Numbered from the stretch's first letter, positions 15,679 to 25,119 are shown. The stretch: 44,456 nt of DNA from Flavobacteriales bacterium (GCA_019638075.1 JAHBUM010000002.1:1-44456), one strand, 5' to 3'. A program made the numbers and translations. The notes: generated by a model from the letters alone, not told the origin.

Positions 15679-17049
15679 TCACTTCCCCGAAGCCGCATAG
15701 TGCCGGAAGAACCTCGGGATGGTCTTGATCCCTTGGAAATAGTTGAACACACCGTACTTCTCGTTCGGGCTGTGGATGTTGTCGCTGTCCAAGCCGAAGC
15801 CGAACAGCACGGTCTTCAAACCGAGCTCGGCCTCGAACAGCGCCACGATGGGGATGCTGCCGCCGCCGCGCGTGGGGATGGGTTTCTTGCCGAAGGTCTC
15901 CTCCATGGCCTTGCTGGCGGCTTGGTACGCGGCGCTGTCGATGGGCGTCACGGCTGCTTCGCCACCGTGGTGGGGGCGCACTTCCACTTTCACCCCCGGC
16001 GGCGCGATCTTCACGAAGTGGTCTTGGAAGAGCTTGGTGATGGCATCGCTCTTCTGGTCGGGCACCAAGCGCATGCTGATCTTGGCGTAGGCCTTCGAGG
16101 GCAGCACCGTCTTGGCGCCTTCGCCGATGTAGCCGCCCCAGATGCCGTTCACGTCCAGCGTGGGCCGGATGCTGCTGCGTTCCTCGGTGGTGTAGCCCTT
16201 CTCGCCGCGCACGGCGTTGATGGCGAGGTCCTTCTTGTACTCCTCCTCGTTGAAGGGCGCCTCGGCGAGGGCATCGCGCTCGGCCTTGCTCAGTTCCTTC
16301 ACGGCCTCATAGAAGCCGGGGATGGTGATGCGCCGATCGGCATCGTGCAGGCTGGCGATCATCTCGCACAGGGCGTTGATGGGGTTGGCCACCGCGCCAC
16401 CGTACACGCCGCTGTGCAGGTCACGGTTGGGGCCGGTCACCTCCACCTCCAAGTAGCTGAGGCCGCGCAGGCCCGTGTTGATGCTGGGCACATCGTTGGC
16501 GATCATGCTGGTATCGCTGATCAGCACCACATCGGCGGCGAGCTTCTGCTTGTTGTTGGCTACGAAGATGCCGAGGTTGTCGCTGCCCACTTCCTCCTCG
16601 CCCTCGATCATCACCTTCACGTTGCAGGGCAGGCCGCCGTTCTTCATCATGGCTTCGATGGCCTTCACGTGCATGTAGAACTGGCCCTTGTCGTCGGCGC
16701 TGCCACGGGCGTAGATCATGCCCTCCTTGATCACCGGGTCGAAGGGGCCGCTGTCCCACAGCTCGAGCGGGTCGGGCGGCTGCACGTCGTAGTGGCCGTA
16801 TACGAGCACCGTGGGCTTCGCGGGGTCCACGATCTTCTCGCCGTACACGATGGGGTTGCCTGCTGTGGGGCACACCTCCACCTTCTCCAGCCCGGCTTCC
16901 TGCATGCGTTGCTTCACGGCATCGGCACAGCGGGCCACATCGGCCTTGTACTTCGGGTCGGCGCTTACGCTGGGGATGCGCAGCAGGTCGAGCAGTTCGT
17001 TGAGGAAACGGTCTTCGTTGGCCTTGATGTAGTTGTCGATGGCTTGCAC
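15679..17049 (-). CDS. M20 family dipeptidase (peptidase M20/M25/M40)
   Basis: LLRIPSVSADPKY, VLVYGHYDVQP, ARGSADDKGQ, MIEGEEEVGS motifs. A GTG at 17049 gives the family-typical N-terminus (M)QAIDNYIKANEDRFLNELLDLLRIPSVS. The longest ORF would start at ATG 17121. Confidence 0.88.
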   Translation of the reverse strand: MQAIDNYIKANEDRFLNELLDLLRIPSVSADPKYKADVARCADAVKQRMQEAGLEKVEVCPTAGNPIVYGEKIVDPAKPTVLVYGHYDVQPPDPLELWDSGPFDPVIKEGMIYARGSADDKGQFYMHVKAIEAMMKNGGLPCNVKVMIEGEEEVGSDNLGIFVANNKQKLAADVVLISDTSMIANDVPSINTGLRGLSYLEVEVTGPNRDLHSGVYGGAVANPINALCEMIASLHDADRRITIPGFYEAVKELSKAERDALAEAPFNEEEYKKDLAINAVRGEKGYTTEERSSIRPTLDVNGIWGGYIGEGAKTVLPSKAYAKISMRLVPDQKSDAITKLFQDHFVKIAPPGVKVEVRPHHGGEAAVTPIDSAAYQAASKAMEETFGKKPIPTRGGGSIPIVALFEAELGLKTVLFGFGLDSDNIHSPNEKYGVFNYFQGIKTIPRFFRHYAASGK

Positions 17050-17189
17050 GGTGTGTCGTGTATTGAGAGGAGGCCAAAGATAGCCGGATGGCCGTGTGGC
17101 ATGGATCGGCTTGGCGGGCAACCATTTGGCACGGGGAACGGTCAGATCCGCTGTGATCCGTTAAATTCACCACCCTACACCACATCGTC

Positions 17190-19955
17190 ATGCGCTCCAA
17201 GTTCCTCGCTCTATCCGTCCTGTACCTGTTGGCCGCCACGGGCCGGGGGCAATTGGTGGTGAACAGCAGTCTTACACCGGCGCAATTGGTGCAGGATGTG
17301 CTGCTGGGAACGGGCATCAGCGCGAGCAACATCACTTACAACGGGGTGGCAAGTCCGGCCGTGGCGCAGGCGGGGAGCGGGTCGTTCACGCAGACCGGCG
17401 CTCTGGGCTTGGAGGCGGGTGTGATCCTCTCCACGGGCTATGCGGCCTCGGCGGTGGGGCCGGAGGATGTGTACAACTCGGATGAGCTCGGGAACTTCGG
17501 CAACGACCCGGATCTGCGGGCACTGGTGGGCGGGTTGATCACCGACCACGCCATCTTGGAGTTCGATTTCGTGCCGATGGGCGATACGCTCCGGTTCAGG
17601 TACGTGTTCGCATCCAAGGAGTACCCCGATTGGAGCTGCTCGGAGTACAACGATGCCTTCGGGTTCTTCCTCAGCGGACCGGATATCGCGGGGCCGTATT
17701 CGCGTGGGGCGGTGAACATCGCCCTGCTGCCCGATGGGGCCACGACCGTGTCCATCAACAACGTGCATGCCAACGCCAGCGACCCGTTCTGCGATCCGGT
17801 GAACGCGCAGTACTACGTGGACAACATGGGCGGGCCTACCGTTTCCCACGGCGGATACACCACCGTGCTCACCGCCATGGCCGTGGTACAGTGCGGTGCA
17901 ACGTACCACATCAAGCTGGGTATCGCCGATGCCGGTGGCTTCTTCGGCGACGATATGGACTTCGATTCGGCAGTGTTCATCGAGGCGGGCAGTTTCATGA
18001 GCACAAGCTTCGTTCCCAGCCTCGTGCCGGGTCCGGGCATCGTGGGCAACACCATGTACGAGGGCTGCTTCCCCATGGCCATGTCGTTCCTGCGCATTGG
18101 CGATCTGGCCGAGCCGGACACCTTCCGCGTGAGTTATTCGGGCACCTTCACCAACGGGGTGGACATCGTGCCGCCGTTGCCTGCGGAGATCGTCTTCGGG
18201 CCGGGCGAAGGGGTGAGCACGTTCACCTTCAACGCGCCGGTGGATGCCGACGGCCCGGAGACCGTGGTGATCACGATCTCCACCTACTTGGAATGCGCGG
18301 GCGATACGATCCACAGCGTGTTCACCTTCGACATGGAGGAGGCGCCGGCGTTGGAAGTGAGCGCCGTGACGCACACGGTGCAGTGCGGCAGCGCGGTGGA
18401 GATAGCCCCGGCGATATCCGGTGGGTACGGGGCCTACATGCTGGATTGGGGCGCGCTGGGCACGGGATCGTCCATCACGGTGTCGCCGTTGGAGGATACC
18501 TCGTACTTGGTGATGGTCACGGACTCCTGCGGCCTCAGCGGGCAGACCTCCGTTCCTGTCACGGTGACGCCACGGCCCAACCCCTTCAACGTGGCGCTGG
18601 CTCCGGGGCCTTCGGTAACGGGCACTTCGGTGCAGGAGAGCTGCATCGAGGTGGCGTTCATCTTCTCGCGCACCGGTTCGCTGGCGCAGGCCGATACTGT
18701 GCTTCTGGAGATCGCCGGGCAGGCCACGCCGGGCGAGGACTACACCGCCCTGCCCGTGCAGGTGGTCTTCGCGGCGGGCGTGGCACAGGTGAGCGTACCG
18801 GTGACTTTCCCACAGGATCCCGATGGCACCGAGAGCCTGATCCTGCGGCTGGGCGCCGAGTCGGGCTGCGGTCCGGTGGCCTTCATCGAGCGCACCTTCC
18901 TCATCAACCAAGCCCCGGCCATCGTGCCCGTGGTGAGCCCCCGTGTGGCCCCCTGCGGCGGAACCATCACCCTGAGCGGTGCCGCGAACGGCGGGCGCGC
19001 GCCCTACACCTATACATGGCCCGATGGCTCGGTGCAGCCCACATACGATGTAAGCCCGCTGGCGCCCACCGGCTACGAGGTGCTGGTGACCGATGCCTGC
19101 GGCGACACGGCGCGCGCCACGATCAATGTGCAGCTACAGCCGCCACCGCCCATGACCATGCAGCTGCTGGGGCCGTCCACCGTCACCGAGGGATGCACCT
19201 CAACGAGCGCCAGAATCGATCGCCCCCAAGGCGTGGTGGGCGATCTGCTGATCAGCATTGCCATCGGTGGCAACGGCGTGGATGGTTCGGATATGGATGT
19301 CCCGCCTTCGCTCACCATCGCTGCCGGGCAACAGAACGTGGTGCTGGTGATGGAGGCGTTGGATGACGGCGTGCCCGACGATGGCGAGCAGATCACCATC
19401 ACGGCCACCTTCACCGATGCATGCGGCCGTGCGGTGAACGCATCGGTGACCGTCATGGTTGTGGATGCGCCGGTGATCGACGTGAGCGCCAGCGGTGATG
19501 TCACCGTTCCGTGCAGCGCGGACAGCATTCCGCTCATGGCCCTCGCCAGCGGTGGCTTCGGTACCCTGCACCTTGCGTGGAGCACCGGAGCCGAAGGTGC
19601 CGTTGCCTACGGACACGCCATCGCCACCCAGACGTATACCGTTACCGCCACCGACGATTGCGACCGCACCGCCACCGCCACCACCACCATCACCGTGGAT
19701 TGCGGTATCGTGGTGCCGAACGTGTTCACGCCCAACGGCGATGGCAGGAACGATCGGTTCGAGATCGAGGGCATCCTTCACACCACCAACACGCTGAAGG
19801 TGTTCAACCGCTGGGGGCAGGTGGTGTACGAAGCGAAGAACTACCGCAACACGTGGACGGCCATGGATGTGCCCGATGGCACGTACTACTACGAGGTCGT
19901 GGTGGATAGGCACGAGAAGCCCTATGCCGGGCATGTGACCATCCTGCGGAAGTAG
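17190..19955 (+). CDS. T9SS type-B sorting-domain surface protein (choice-of-anchor-L N-domain, three SprB-like repeats, CHU_C tail)
   Basis: 921 aa with a signal peptide. The N-domain motifs LTPAQLVQDVLLGTGI..., EFDFVPMGDTLRFRYVFASKEYPDWSCSEYNDAFGFFLSGP match choice-of-anchor L. Three ~60-aa repeats follow the pattern C...GG..(P)Y...W......Y.V.VTD.CG. C-terminal VPNVFTPNGDGRNDRFEIEGI...VFNRWGQVVYE...DGTYYYEV is the gliding-motility C-terminal (type B) sorting domain. Confidence 0.9.
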   Translation: MRSKFLALSVLYLLAATGRGQLVVNSSLTPAQLVQDVLLGTGISASNITYNGVASPAVAQAGSGSFTQTGALGLEAGVILSTGYAASAVGPEDVYNSDELGNFGNDPDLRALVGGLITDHAILEFDFVPMGDTLRFRYVFASKEYPDWSCSEYNDAFGFFLSGPDIAGPYSRGAVNIALLPDGATTVSINNVHANASDPFCDPVNAQYYVDNMGGPTVSHGGYTTVLTAMAVVQCGATYHIKLGIADAGGFFGDDMDFDSAVFIEAGSFMSTSFVPSLVPGPGIVGNTMYEGCFPMAMSFLRIGDLAEPDTFRVSYSGTFTNGVDIVPPLPAEIVFGPGEGVSTFTFNAPVDADGPETVVITISTYLECAGDTIHSVFTFDMEEAPALEVSAVTHTVQCGSAVEIAPAISGGYGAYMLDWGALGTGSSITVSPLEDTSYLVMVTDSCGLSGQTSVPVTVTPRPNPFNVALAPGPSVTGTSVQESCIEVAFIFSRTGSLAQADTVLLEIAGQATPGEDYTALPVQVVFAAGVAQVSVPVTFPQDPDGTESLILRLGAESGCGPVAFIERTFLINQAPAIVPVVSPRVAPCGGTITLSGAANGGRAPYTYTWPDGSVQPTYDVSPLAPTGYEVLVTDACGDTARATINVQLQPPPPMTMQLLGPSTVTEGCTSTSARIDRPQGVVGDLLISIAIGGNGVDGSDMDVPPSLTIAAGQQNVVLVMEALDDGVPDDGEQITITATFTDACGRAVNASVTVMVVDAPVIDVSASGDVTVPCSADSIPLMALASGGFGTLHLAWSTGAEGAVAYGHAIATQTYTVTATDDCDRTATATTTITVDCGIVVPNVFTPNGDGRNDRFEIEGILHTTNTLKVFNRWGQVVYEAKNYRNTWTAMDVPDGTYYYEVVVDRHEKPYAGHVTILRK

Positions 19956-20017
19956 ATCGGATCAAGCGGGCCGGTGAAGAAGCGGCGTCGGGGTGGTCGT
20001 TGTTTGGAAGAGTAGAG

Positions 20018-20142
20018 CTCCGTCCTAATTCGATCCAACCACGGATGAACTCTGATCGACACGGATCGATGGCTGCGGCATCTGTGTCCATCTGTGGTTC
20101 AAAAACCGTTGCTCCGCCACAGGCGGAGCAATTAGGACGGAG
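20018..20142. repeat. Structured ~125-nt element bounded by a 13-bp perfect inverted repeat (CTCCGTCCTAATT / AATTAGGACGGAG)
   Basis: The interior has CCACGGATGAAC...GACACGGAT on the left and ATCTGTGTC-CATCTGTGG on the right (nested imperfect hairpin), plus GCTCCGCC-aca-GGCGGAGC (20111-20129). The core 20056-20100 is about 80% identical by eye to 31993-32037. Confidence 0.7.
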
Positions 20143-20220
20143 GTCTAGTGCGAAAGTGAAGGGGAGCGAGGGATGCGGCTTTCACTCTCGCACTCCTGAC
20201 CGACCGTTTCTTTGTAGCGG

Positions 20221-21747
20221 TCAGCGTACCAGCAACGAGTTCCCCGTCATCTCGGCAGGCTTTTCCATGCCCATCAGGTCCAGGATCGTGGGTGCCACAT
20301 CGGCGAGGATGCCGCTGCGCAGGGTGAAGTTCCGCTCGTCCACCACGATCACCGGCACCGGGTTGGTGCTGTGGGCGGTGTTGGGCGTGCCATCGGGGTT
20401 CAGCGCCTTGTCCGCATTGCCGTGGTCGGCGATGATCACGAACGAGTAGCCGTGCGTGCGGCCGGTCTCCACCACCTGTCGCACACAGCGGTCGGTGGTC
20501 TGCACCGCCTTCACGATCGCGGAGAACACACCGGTATGCCCCACCATGTCGGGGTTGGCGAAGTTGAGCGCCACGAAGTCCACCTCGCCTTTGCGCAGTT
20601 CGGCGCAGATGGCGTCGGTGATGCCCTGCGCGCTCATTTCGGGCTGTAGGTCGTAAGTGGCCACCTTCGGCGAAGGGATCAGGATGCGCGATTCACCATC
20701 GAACGGTGCTTCGCGCCCACCGCTGAAGAAGAAGCTCACGTGCGGGTACTTCTCCGTTTCCGCGATGCGGATCTGCTTCTTCCCCGCATTGGAGACCACC
20801 TCGCCGATCGTCCACTTCAGGTCGTCCTTGCGGAAGAGCACGTGTACATCGCGGTAGGTGCTGTCGTACTCCGTCATGGTCACGTAATGCAGCGGCAGCG
20901 GCACCATGTGCAGCTCGGGGAACGCCTGCTGGGTAAGGGCCTGCGTGATCTCGCGGCAGCGGTCCGTGCGGAAGTTGAAGCAGAGCACCACGTCATCGGG
21001 GCGGATCGTTGCCAATGGTGCGCCGTTGGCATCCACCACCACATGGGGTTCGATGAACTCGTCGGTCTTCCCTTCGGCATAGCTCGTGCGGAAGGCGTCC
21101 AACGGATCGGCTACCGGGATGCCGCGTCCATGCACGAGGACATCGTAAGCCCGCACCACGCGCTCCCAGCGTTTGTCGCGGTCCATGGCGTAGTAGCGGC
21201 CGGTCACGCTGGCGATGCGCGCGCCGGTGCCTTCGATCCCGTGCAGGAAATTTTCCGCATAGCCCAGCCCGCTGCGCGGATCGGCGTCGCGGCCATCGGT
21301 GAAGGCATGCACGAACACCTCCTGCACGCCTGCGCGGTGGGCCATGTGGCATAGGGCTTCGGCATGTGTGCGCAGGGCATGCACACCGCCATCGGAGAGC
21401 AGGCCCATCAGGTGCAGGCGTCGGCCTTCCACGCGGGCCTGCGCAAAGGCGGCCTGCAGCACGGGATCCTTCTCCAAGGCTCCATCGGCGATGGCGTTGT
21501 TCACGCGCATCAGATCCTGGAACACCACGCGACCCGCGCCGATGTTCAGGTGCCCCACCTCGCTGTTGCCCATCTGGCCGGGCGGCAGGCCCACGTGGGT
21601 GCCGTCGGTAAGCAGGGTGGCGTGGGGCGCGGTGGCGAGGAGGCTGTCGATGAACGGTGTGTCGGCGGCGGCCACGGCATCGGTGCGGTCACCGGCGCCG
21701 ATGCCCCATCCGTCCATGATGATAAGAACGACCTTGTGGGGCTGCAT
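20221..21747 (-). CDS. gpmI: 2,3-bisphosphoglycerate-independent phosphoglycerate mutase
   Basis: 508 aa. VVLIIMDGWGIG, GNSEVGHLNIGAGR, ..ADHGNA.. motifs, full-length iPGM pattern. The start overlaps the upstream histidine-kinase stop (TGATG). Confidence 0.95.
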   Translation of the reverse strand: MQPHKVVLIIMDGWGIGAGDRTDAVAAADTPFIDSLLATAPHATLLTDGTHVGLPPGQMGNSEVGHLNIGAGRVVFQDLMRVNNAIADGALEKDPVLQAAFAQARVEGRRLHLMGLLSDGGVHALRTHAEALCHMAHRAGVQEVFVHAFTDGRDADPRSGLGYAENFLHGIEGTGARIASVTGRYYAMDRDKRWERVVRAYDVLVHGRGIPVADPLDAFRTSYAEGKTDEFIEPHVVVDANGAPLATIRPDDVVLCFNFRTDRCREITQALTQQAFPELHMVPLPLHYVTMTEYDSTYRDVHVLFRKDDLKWTIGEVVSNAGKKQIRIAETEKYPHVSFFFSGGREAPFDGESRILIPSPKVATYDLQPEMSAQGITDAICAELRKGEVDFVALNFANPDMVGHTGVFSAIVKAVQTTDRCVRQVVETGRTHGYSFVIIADHGNADKALNPDGTPNTAHSTNPVPVIVVDERNFTLRSGILADVAPTILDLMGMEKPAEMTGNSLLVR

Positions 21748-22697
21748 CAGCGATCGGGAAAGGAGGCCGCGAAGATAGCCCCCTTGGGAGCGGCCTTATC
21801 CACGCGCACTTCGCCCCCGAGCCGTTGCGCGAGGCGCTGCACGATGTACAGGCCGAGGCCCGTGCCCTTCGCCTTGCGCGTCTCCTCATCGCCGCCACGG
21901 TAGAAGCGCTCGAAGATGCGCGCTTGCTCCTCCATGGGAATGCCGGGGCCTTCGTCGGTCACGGTCATGCGCCAGCCTTCGGGCCCCTTCAGCACATCGA
22001 TGGTGATGCGCGTGCCTTCGGGCGCGTACTTCGCAGCGTTCTCTATCAGGTTGTCGGCGATGCTGCGCAGGGCTTGGGCATCGCTCTGTACCACGAAACG
22101 ATCCGGCCCGTTCAACGCGATGTGGTGCCGTGGCGCGATCTGCATCCGCGCGCGTTCCACCACATTGCGCAGCAGGGCCATCACATCCACCTCCTTCAGG
22201 TCCAATGTCAGGACCCCTTCCTCGGCGCTGGTGGCGAGCAGCACTTTGTCCGCCAGCGCGCTCAGGCGATCGGCCTCGGTGAGCGCCTGCTGGTGCAGCC
22301 CGTCGCGTTGCTCCTGTGTAAGTCCAGCACGCCGGAAGGTCTGCAACTGTAGCTTGATCGCGGCGATGGGCGTGCGCAGTTCGTGCGTCACCGCCATGAG
22401 GAAATTGCGTTGCGTGCGCGCCAAGGTGAGGTCCCTGCGGATGCCGCGGAAGGTGAGGAAGAGCATGCCCAACAGCAATGCGATGAAGACAGCGCCCTCG
22501 CCCACGATCATGCGCATGGCGCGCGAGGCGTCCAGCGGATGGTCCGTGGTGCCGCCGAGGGCTTTCACCTGTAGCGCCAGCTGTGCCATCTCCGCCTCCT
22601 TGCGCACCAGCAGCACGGCCCACCACAGGAATTGCAGCAGCACGTACAGGGTGAGGGCGCCGAAGAGCAGGTAGGTGCGGCGGGATGAACGGGGCAT
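21747..22697 (-). CDS. Sensor histidine kinase (2 TM, HisKA + HATPase_c), no adjacent response regulator
   Basis: H-box FLMAVTHELRTPIAAI; N/G boxes DNLIENAAKYAPEG, DEGPGIP, GTGLGLYIVQRLAQRLGG. There are two N-terminal TM helices with a short (~30 aa) external loop. Confidence 0.88.
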   Translation of the reverse strand: MPRSSRRTYLLFGALTLYVLLQFLWWAVLLVRKEAEMAQLALQVKALGGTTDHPLDASRAMRMIVGEGAVFIALLLGMLFLTFRGIRRDLTLARTQRNFLMAVTHELRTPIAAIKLQLQTFRRAGLTQEQRDGLHQQALTEADRLSALADKVLLATSAEEGVLTLDLKEVDVMALLRNVVERARMQIAPRHHIALNGPDRFVVQSDAQALRSIADNLIENAAKYAPEGTRITIDVLKGPEGWRMTVTDEGPGIPMEEQARIFERFYRGGDEETRKAKGTGLGLYIVQRLAQRLGGEVRVDKAAPKGAIFAASFPDR

Positions 22698-22707
22698 GGT
22701 GGAGCGT

Positions 22708-22715
22708 CAAATTTA
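22708..22715 (-). promoter_or_regulatory. -7 promoter box TAAATTTG for the histidine kinase-gpmI unit
   Basis: Perfect TAnnTTTG on the minus strand, 10 nt upstream of the ATG at 22697. Confidence 0.5.
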
Positions 22716-22753
22716 CCGGGCCGCTGCGAAAGGATCGTCCGGGGCTGTTCTGC

Positions 22754-22826
22754 GCAGCAGGCAAGTAGGCGGTCGGCAGCAAATACACTGGTCGGGTCCG
22801 CTGCCTGCTGCCGACTCGCCGACTGC
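22754..22826. repeat. Word-periodic hairpin element (GCAGCAG/GGTCGGCAGC ... GCTGCC..GCCGACTGC)
   Basis: Left GCAGCAGGCAAGTAGGCGGTCGGCAGC, spacer, right GCTGCCTGCTGCCGACTCGCCGACTGC. GGCGGTCGGCAGC pairs with GCTGCCGAC(T)CGCC. The right end GCCGACTGCATT matches 35897-35908. Confidence 0.65.
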
Positions 22827-22912
22827 ATTTTGCTTTCGCACTCTGCGCCCCTATGCCTCCACCTCCGTAGCGTGCCTTTCAACGCGGTCCGTATCTTGCC
22901 CGCTCTCCGCCC

Positions 22913-23500
22913 ATGGATCCACAGGCTGCACGAGCGTATATCCTGCGCAAGCTCCGCGACGAACTGCCGCAGGCGCGCACCTATCATTGCTTGGAACACA
23001 CGCTGGATGTCTACGCCAGCGTGGTGGACATCGCCGAGCAGGAGGGTGTCATCGGCGATGGCCTCACCCTGCTGAAGATCGCGGCGCTCTACCATGATTG
23101 CGGTTTCACCATCCAGGATCTGGAACACGAGAAGGCCGGGTGCGACCTGGTGCGCGAGAAGCTGCCGGGCTTCGGCTTCGCTCCCGATCAGATCGAACTG
23201 GTCTGCGACATGATCATGGCCACGCGCATACCGCAGGCTCCGCGCAACAAGCTGGCCCGCATCCTGTGCGATGCCGACCTGGACTACCTGGGCCGCGGCG
23301 ATTTCGCGCGCATCGGCAACACGCTCTTCGCCGAGATGAAGCACTACGGCGTGCTGAAGACCGAGCGCGAGTGGAACGAACTACAGGTGCGGTTCCTGGA
23401 GCGGCACCAGTACTTCACGGCCACCAACAAGCGCCTTCGCGAACCTGTGAAGCAGGGCCACCTGGCGGCGGTGAAGGAGTGGTTGGAGGGGAACCCGTAG
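22913..23500 (+). CDS. HD domain-containing phosphohydrolase
   Basis: 195 aa. YHCLEHTLDV ... AALYHDCGF ... ILCDADLDYLG is the H..H..HD..D pattern of the HD superfamily. Confidence 0.8.
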   Translation: MDPQAARAYILRKLRDELPQARTYHCLEHTLDVYASVVDIAEQEGVIGDGLTLLKIAALYHDCGFTIQDLEHEKAGCDLVREKLPGFGFAPDQIELVCDMIMATRIPQAPRNKLARILCDADLDYLGRGDFARIGNTLFAEMKHYGVLKTEREWNELQVRFLERHQYFTATNKRLREPVKQGHLAAVKEWLEGNP

Positions 23501-23507
23501 GAGGGGA

Positions 23508-23572
23508 GCGGGCAGTAGGCTCATCAGGGCATTGCTGCCTACTGCCTGCTGCGGACCGTCTGCTGTCTGCCC
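23508..23572. repeat. Word-periodic hairpin element (GGCAGTAGGC / GCCTACTGCC), related to 27902-27974
   Basis: 10-bp perfect stem 23511-23520 / 23537-23546. The loop TCATCAGGGCATTGCT matches the loop GGTCAGGGCATTTGCT of the 27.9-kb copy. Trailing CTGCTGC/CTGCTGTCTGCC words follow. It starts 8 nt after the HD gene stop. Confidence 0.7.
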
Positions 23573-23604
23573 TTCCCCTGCCTTGAGTACATTCACCGCT
23601 TCGG

Positions 23605-25008
23605 ATGCCACTGAACGTATCGGACATGAACAAACCGTGGGACCATTGGTCATTGCGGTATCTGCCACTGGCACTTTTGCTTATCCATATGTGCATGGCA
23701 TGGGTGTTCGCGCAGGAGCGCATCATGAACACGGATTGTTCGTTGCAGTTCTTCTCCTCGGTGAACGACGGCGCCTTCTTCTTCCAGGAATCCCGCTACG
23801 GTGTGTTCCCCACACAGGTGCCGCTCGTCCTCGGCATCCACCTGCAACTGCCCATGAAGTGGCTGGTGGCGATCTACTCGCTGAGCTTCCCCTTGGTCTA
23901 CGGCATCATCCTTTGGGTGGTGCAGTACCGGCTGCGCTCCATGGCGGCCGCATTGGCGCTTACCGCCACCTTGCTCATCGGCTGGGCGTCCACCTTTTTC
24001 CATTGCACCACCGAGACCCATCTGCTCCTGGCGGCCTCGGCATTGCTGTACGCCACGTACGAGGCGTTCGGGCGCGACACCGGGCACCTTGTGCGCCGGG
24101 CCGTGCCCTTCGTGGTGGTGGTCTGGTGCCTGACCATCCATCCCAATGCGCTCTTCACCGTGGGCTTCGTCACCGGGCTGGCGTGGATCAACGGGTTGGT
24201 GACGCTCCGTTCGGGGCTGGTCTCCCTGGGCATCGCGGCGGCATACACCCTCGCGGCGATGGGGATGGCGGAGAAGGGTTCCTACGACGCGAACCAGTAC
24301 GACACCCTGCTGGGCGGGTTGGACCGCATCACGCACATCGGAGACCTGGCTGCCGTGTGGTTCCTCAAGGAATGGATCGGTGGGCAGTACCTGGCACCGG
24401 CCGCCATGGCGGTGGCGGTGATCCTATTCAGCCGGAACTGGCGGTCGGCGGGGTTCATGGTAGTCTGCGTAGCGGGCTTCGTGCTGATCACCATACTGAC
24501 CTTCCCCAACGGCGACAGCCTCGCGATGATGGAGAAGAGCTACATGCCGGCCCTGTTCATGATCGTACTGGCCTTCTGCACCATGCTGCCCAGGGTGCGC
24601 TTTCCGGGCCTTGCGGCCGCCTTGGTATGCGCAGGCGCCATCCATTCCGTGTACAACATCCGCGAGGCGGGCCTTCCTTACTCCCAACGGCTGGACATGA
24701 TGCGCGCACTGCTTGACGGCCCCGGCGCGGACACCCAGAAGATGGCCATGCGGAAAACCCCGTTCGAGGGGACCCGGCTGGTGGAGAGCAACTGGGCGTT
24801 GAGCATGGATGCATTGATCATGAGCCGTTGCATGGGTCCCGTCGCGAAGACGATCTTCATGGATGATCAGGCTGAACGCATGATGGCCGAAATGCCGCCG
24901 GGCACACAGTTCCTGTACACCTCATGGAACCCGTATGGCATGGTGCTGAAGGACCGGGTCTATTTCGATCTGCCAGAAGGTCCGTACAGGTTGATGCCGG
25001 ATCCGTGA
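23605..25008 (+). CDS. Polytopic integral membrane protein, unknown function
   Basis: 467 aa with about 10 hydrophobic segments in the N-terminal 330 aa and a soluble C-terminal ~130 aa. I recognise no motif. An alternative start is at 23626 (MNKPWDHW). Confidence 0.6.
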   Translation: MPLNVSDMNKPWDHWSLRYLPLALLLIHMCMAWVFAQERIMNTDCSLQFFSSVNDGAFFFQESRYGVFPTQVPLVLGIHLQLPMKWLVAIYSLSFPLVYGIILWVVQYRLRSMAAALALTATLLIGWASTFFHCTTETHLLLAASALLYATYEAFGRDTGHLVRRAVPFVVVVWCLTIHPNALFTVGFVTGLAWINGLVTLRSGLVSLGIAAAYTLAAMGMAEKGSYDANQYDTLLGGLDRITHIGDLAAVWFLKEWIGGQYLAPAAMAVAVILFSRNWRSAGFMVVCVAGFVLITILTFPNGDSLAMMEKSYMPALFMIVLAFCTMLPRVRFPGLAAALVCAGAIHSVYNIREAGLPYSQRLDMMRALLDGPGADTQKMAMRKTPFEGTRLVESNWALSMDALIMSRCMGPVAKTIFMDDQAERMMAEMPPGTQFLYTSWNPYGMVLKDRVYFDLPEGPYRLMPDP

Positions 25009-25090
25009 TGGCCGGGCTTCTCCCCTGCGCAGGAAACCACACCCAATGCGCCTGTTCATCCATCCACGATGTGGATCCACCCGGAAATGC

Positions 25091-25119
25091 GAAGCCCCCG
25101 CCTCATCGGCAGGGGCTTC
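25091..25119. terminator. Terminator hairpin shared by the convergent membrane-protein gene and tRNA-Phe
   Basis: GAAGCCCC...GGGGCTTC 8-bp stem with inner GCC/GGC. On the minus strand it is followed by GCATTTCC, immediately 3' of the tRNA. Confidence 0.6.

Noticed and set aside
20000-20449. 149-aa plus-strand ORF spanning the structured element and the 3' end of gpmI (antisense).
   Set aside because: Its N-terminal part is a translation of the repeat (MNSDRHGS...SVSICGSK) and the rest is antisense to gpmI. It is not a gene, but it is a useful fingerprint of the repeat family.
22565-23344. 259-aa minus-strand ORF overlapping the HD-domain gene and the intergenic hairpin.
   Set aside because: It lies antisense to a gene with clear HD motifs. 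Its own sequence is low-complexity and runs through a repeat element.
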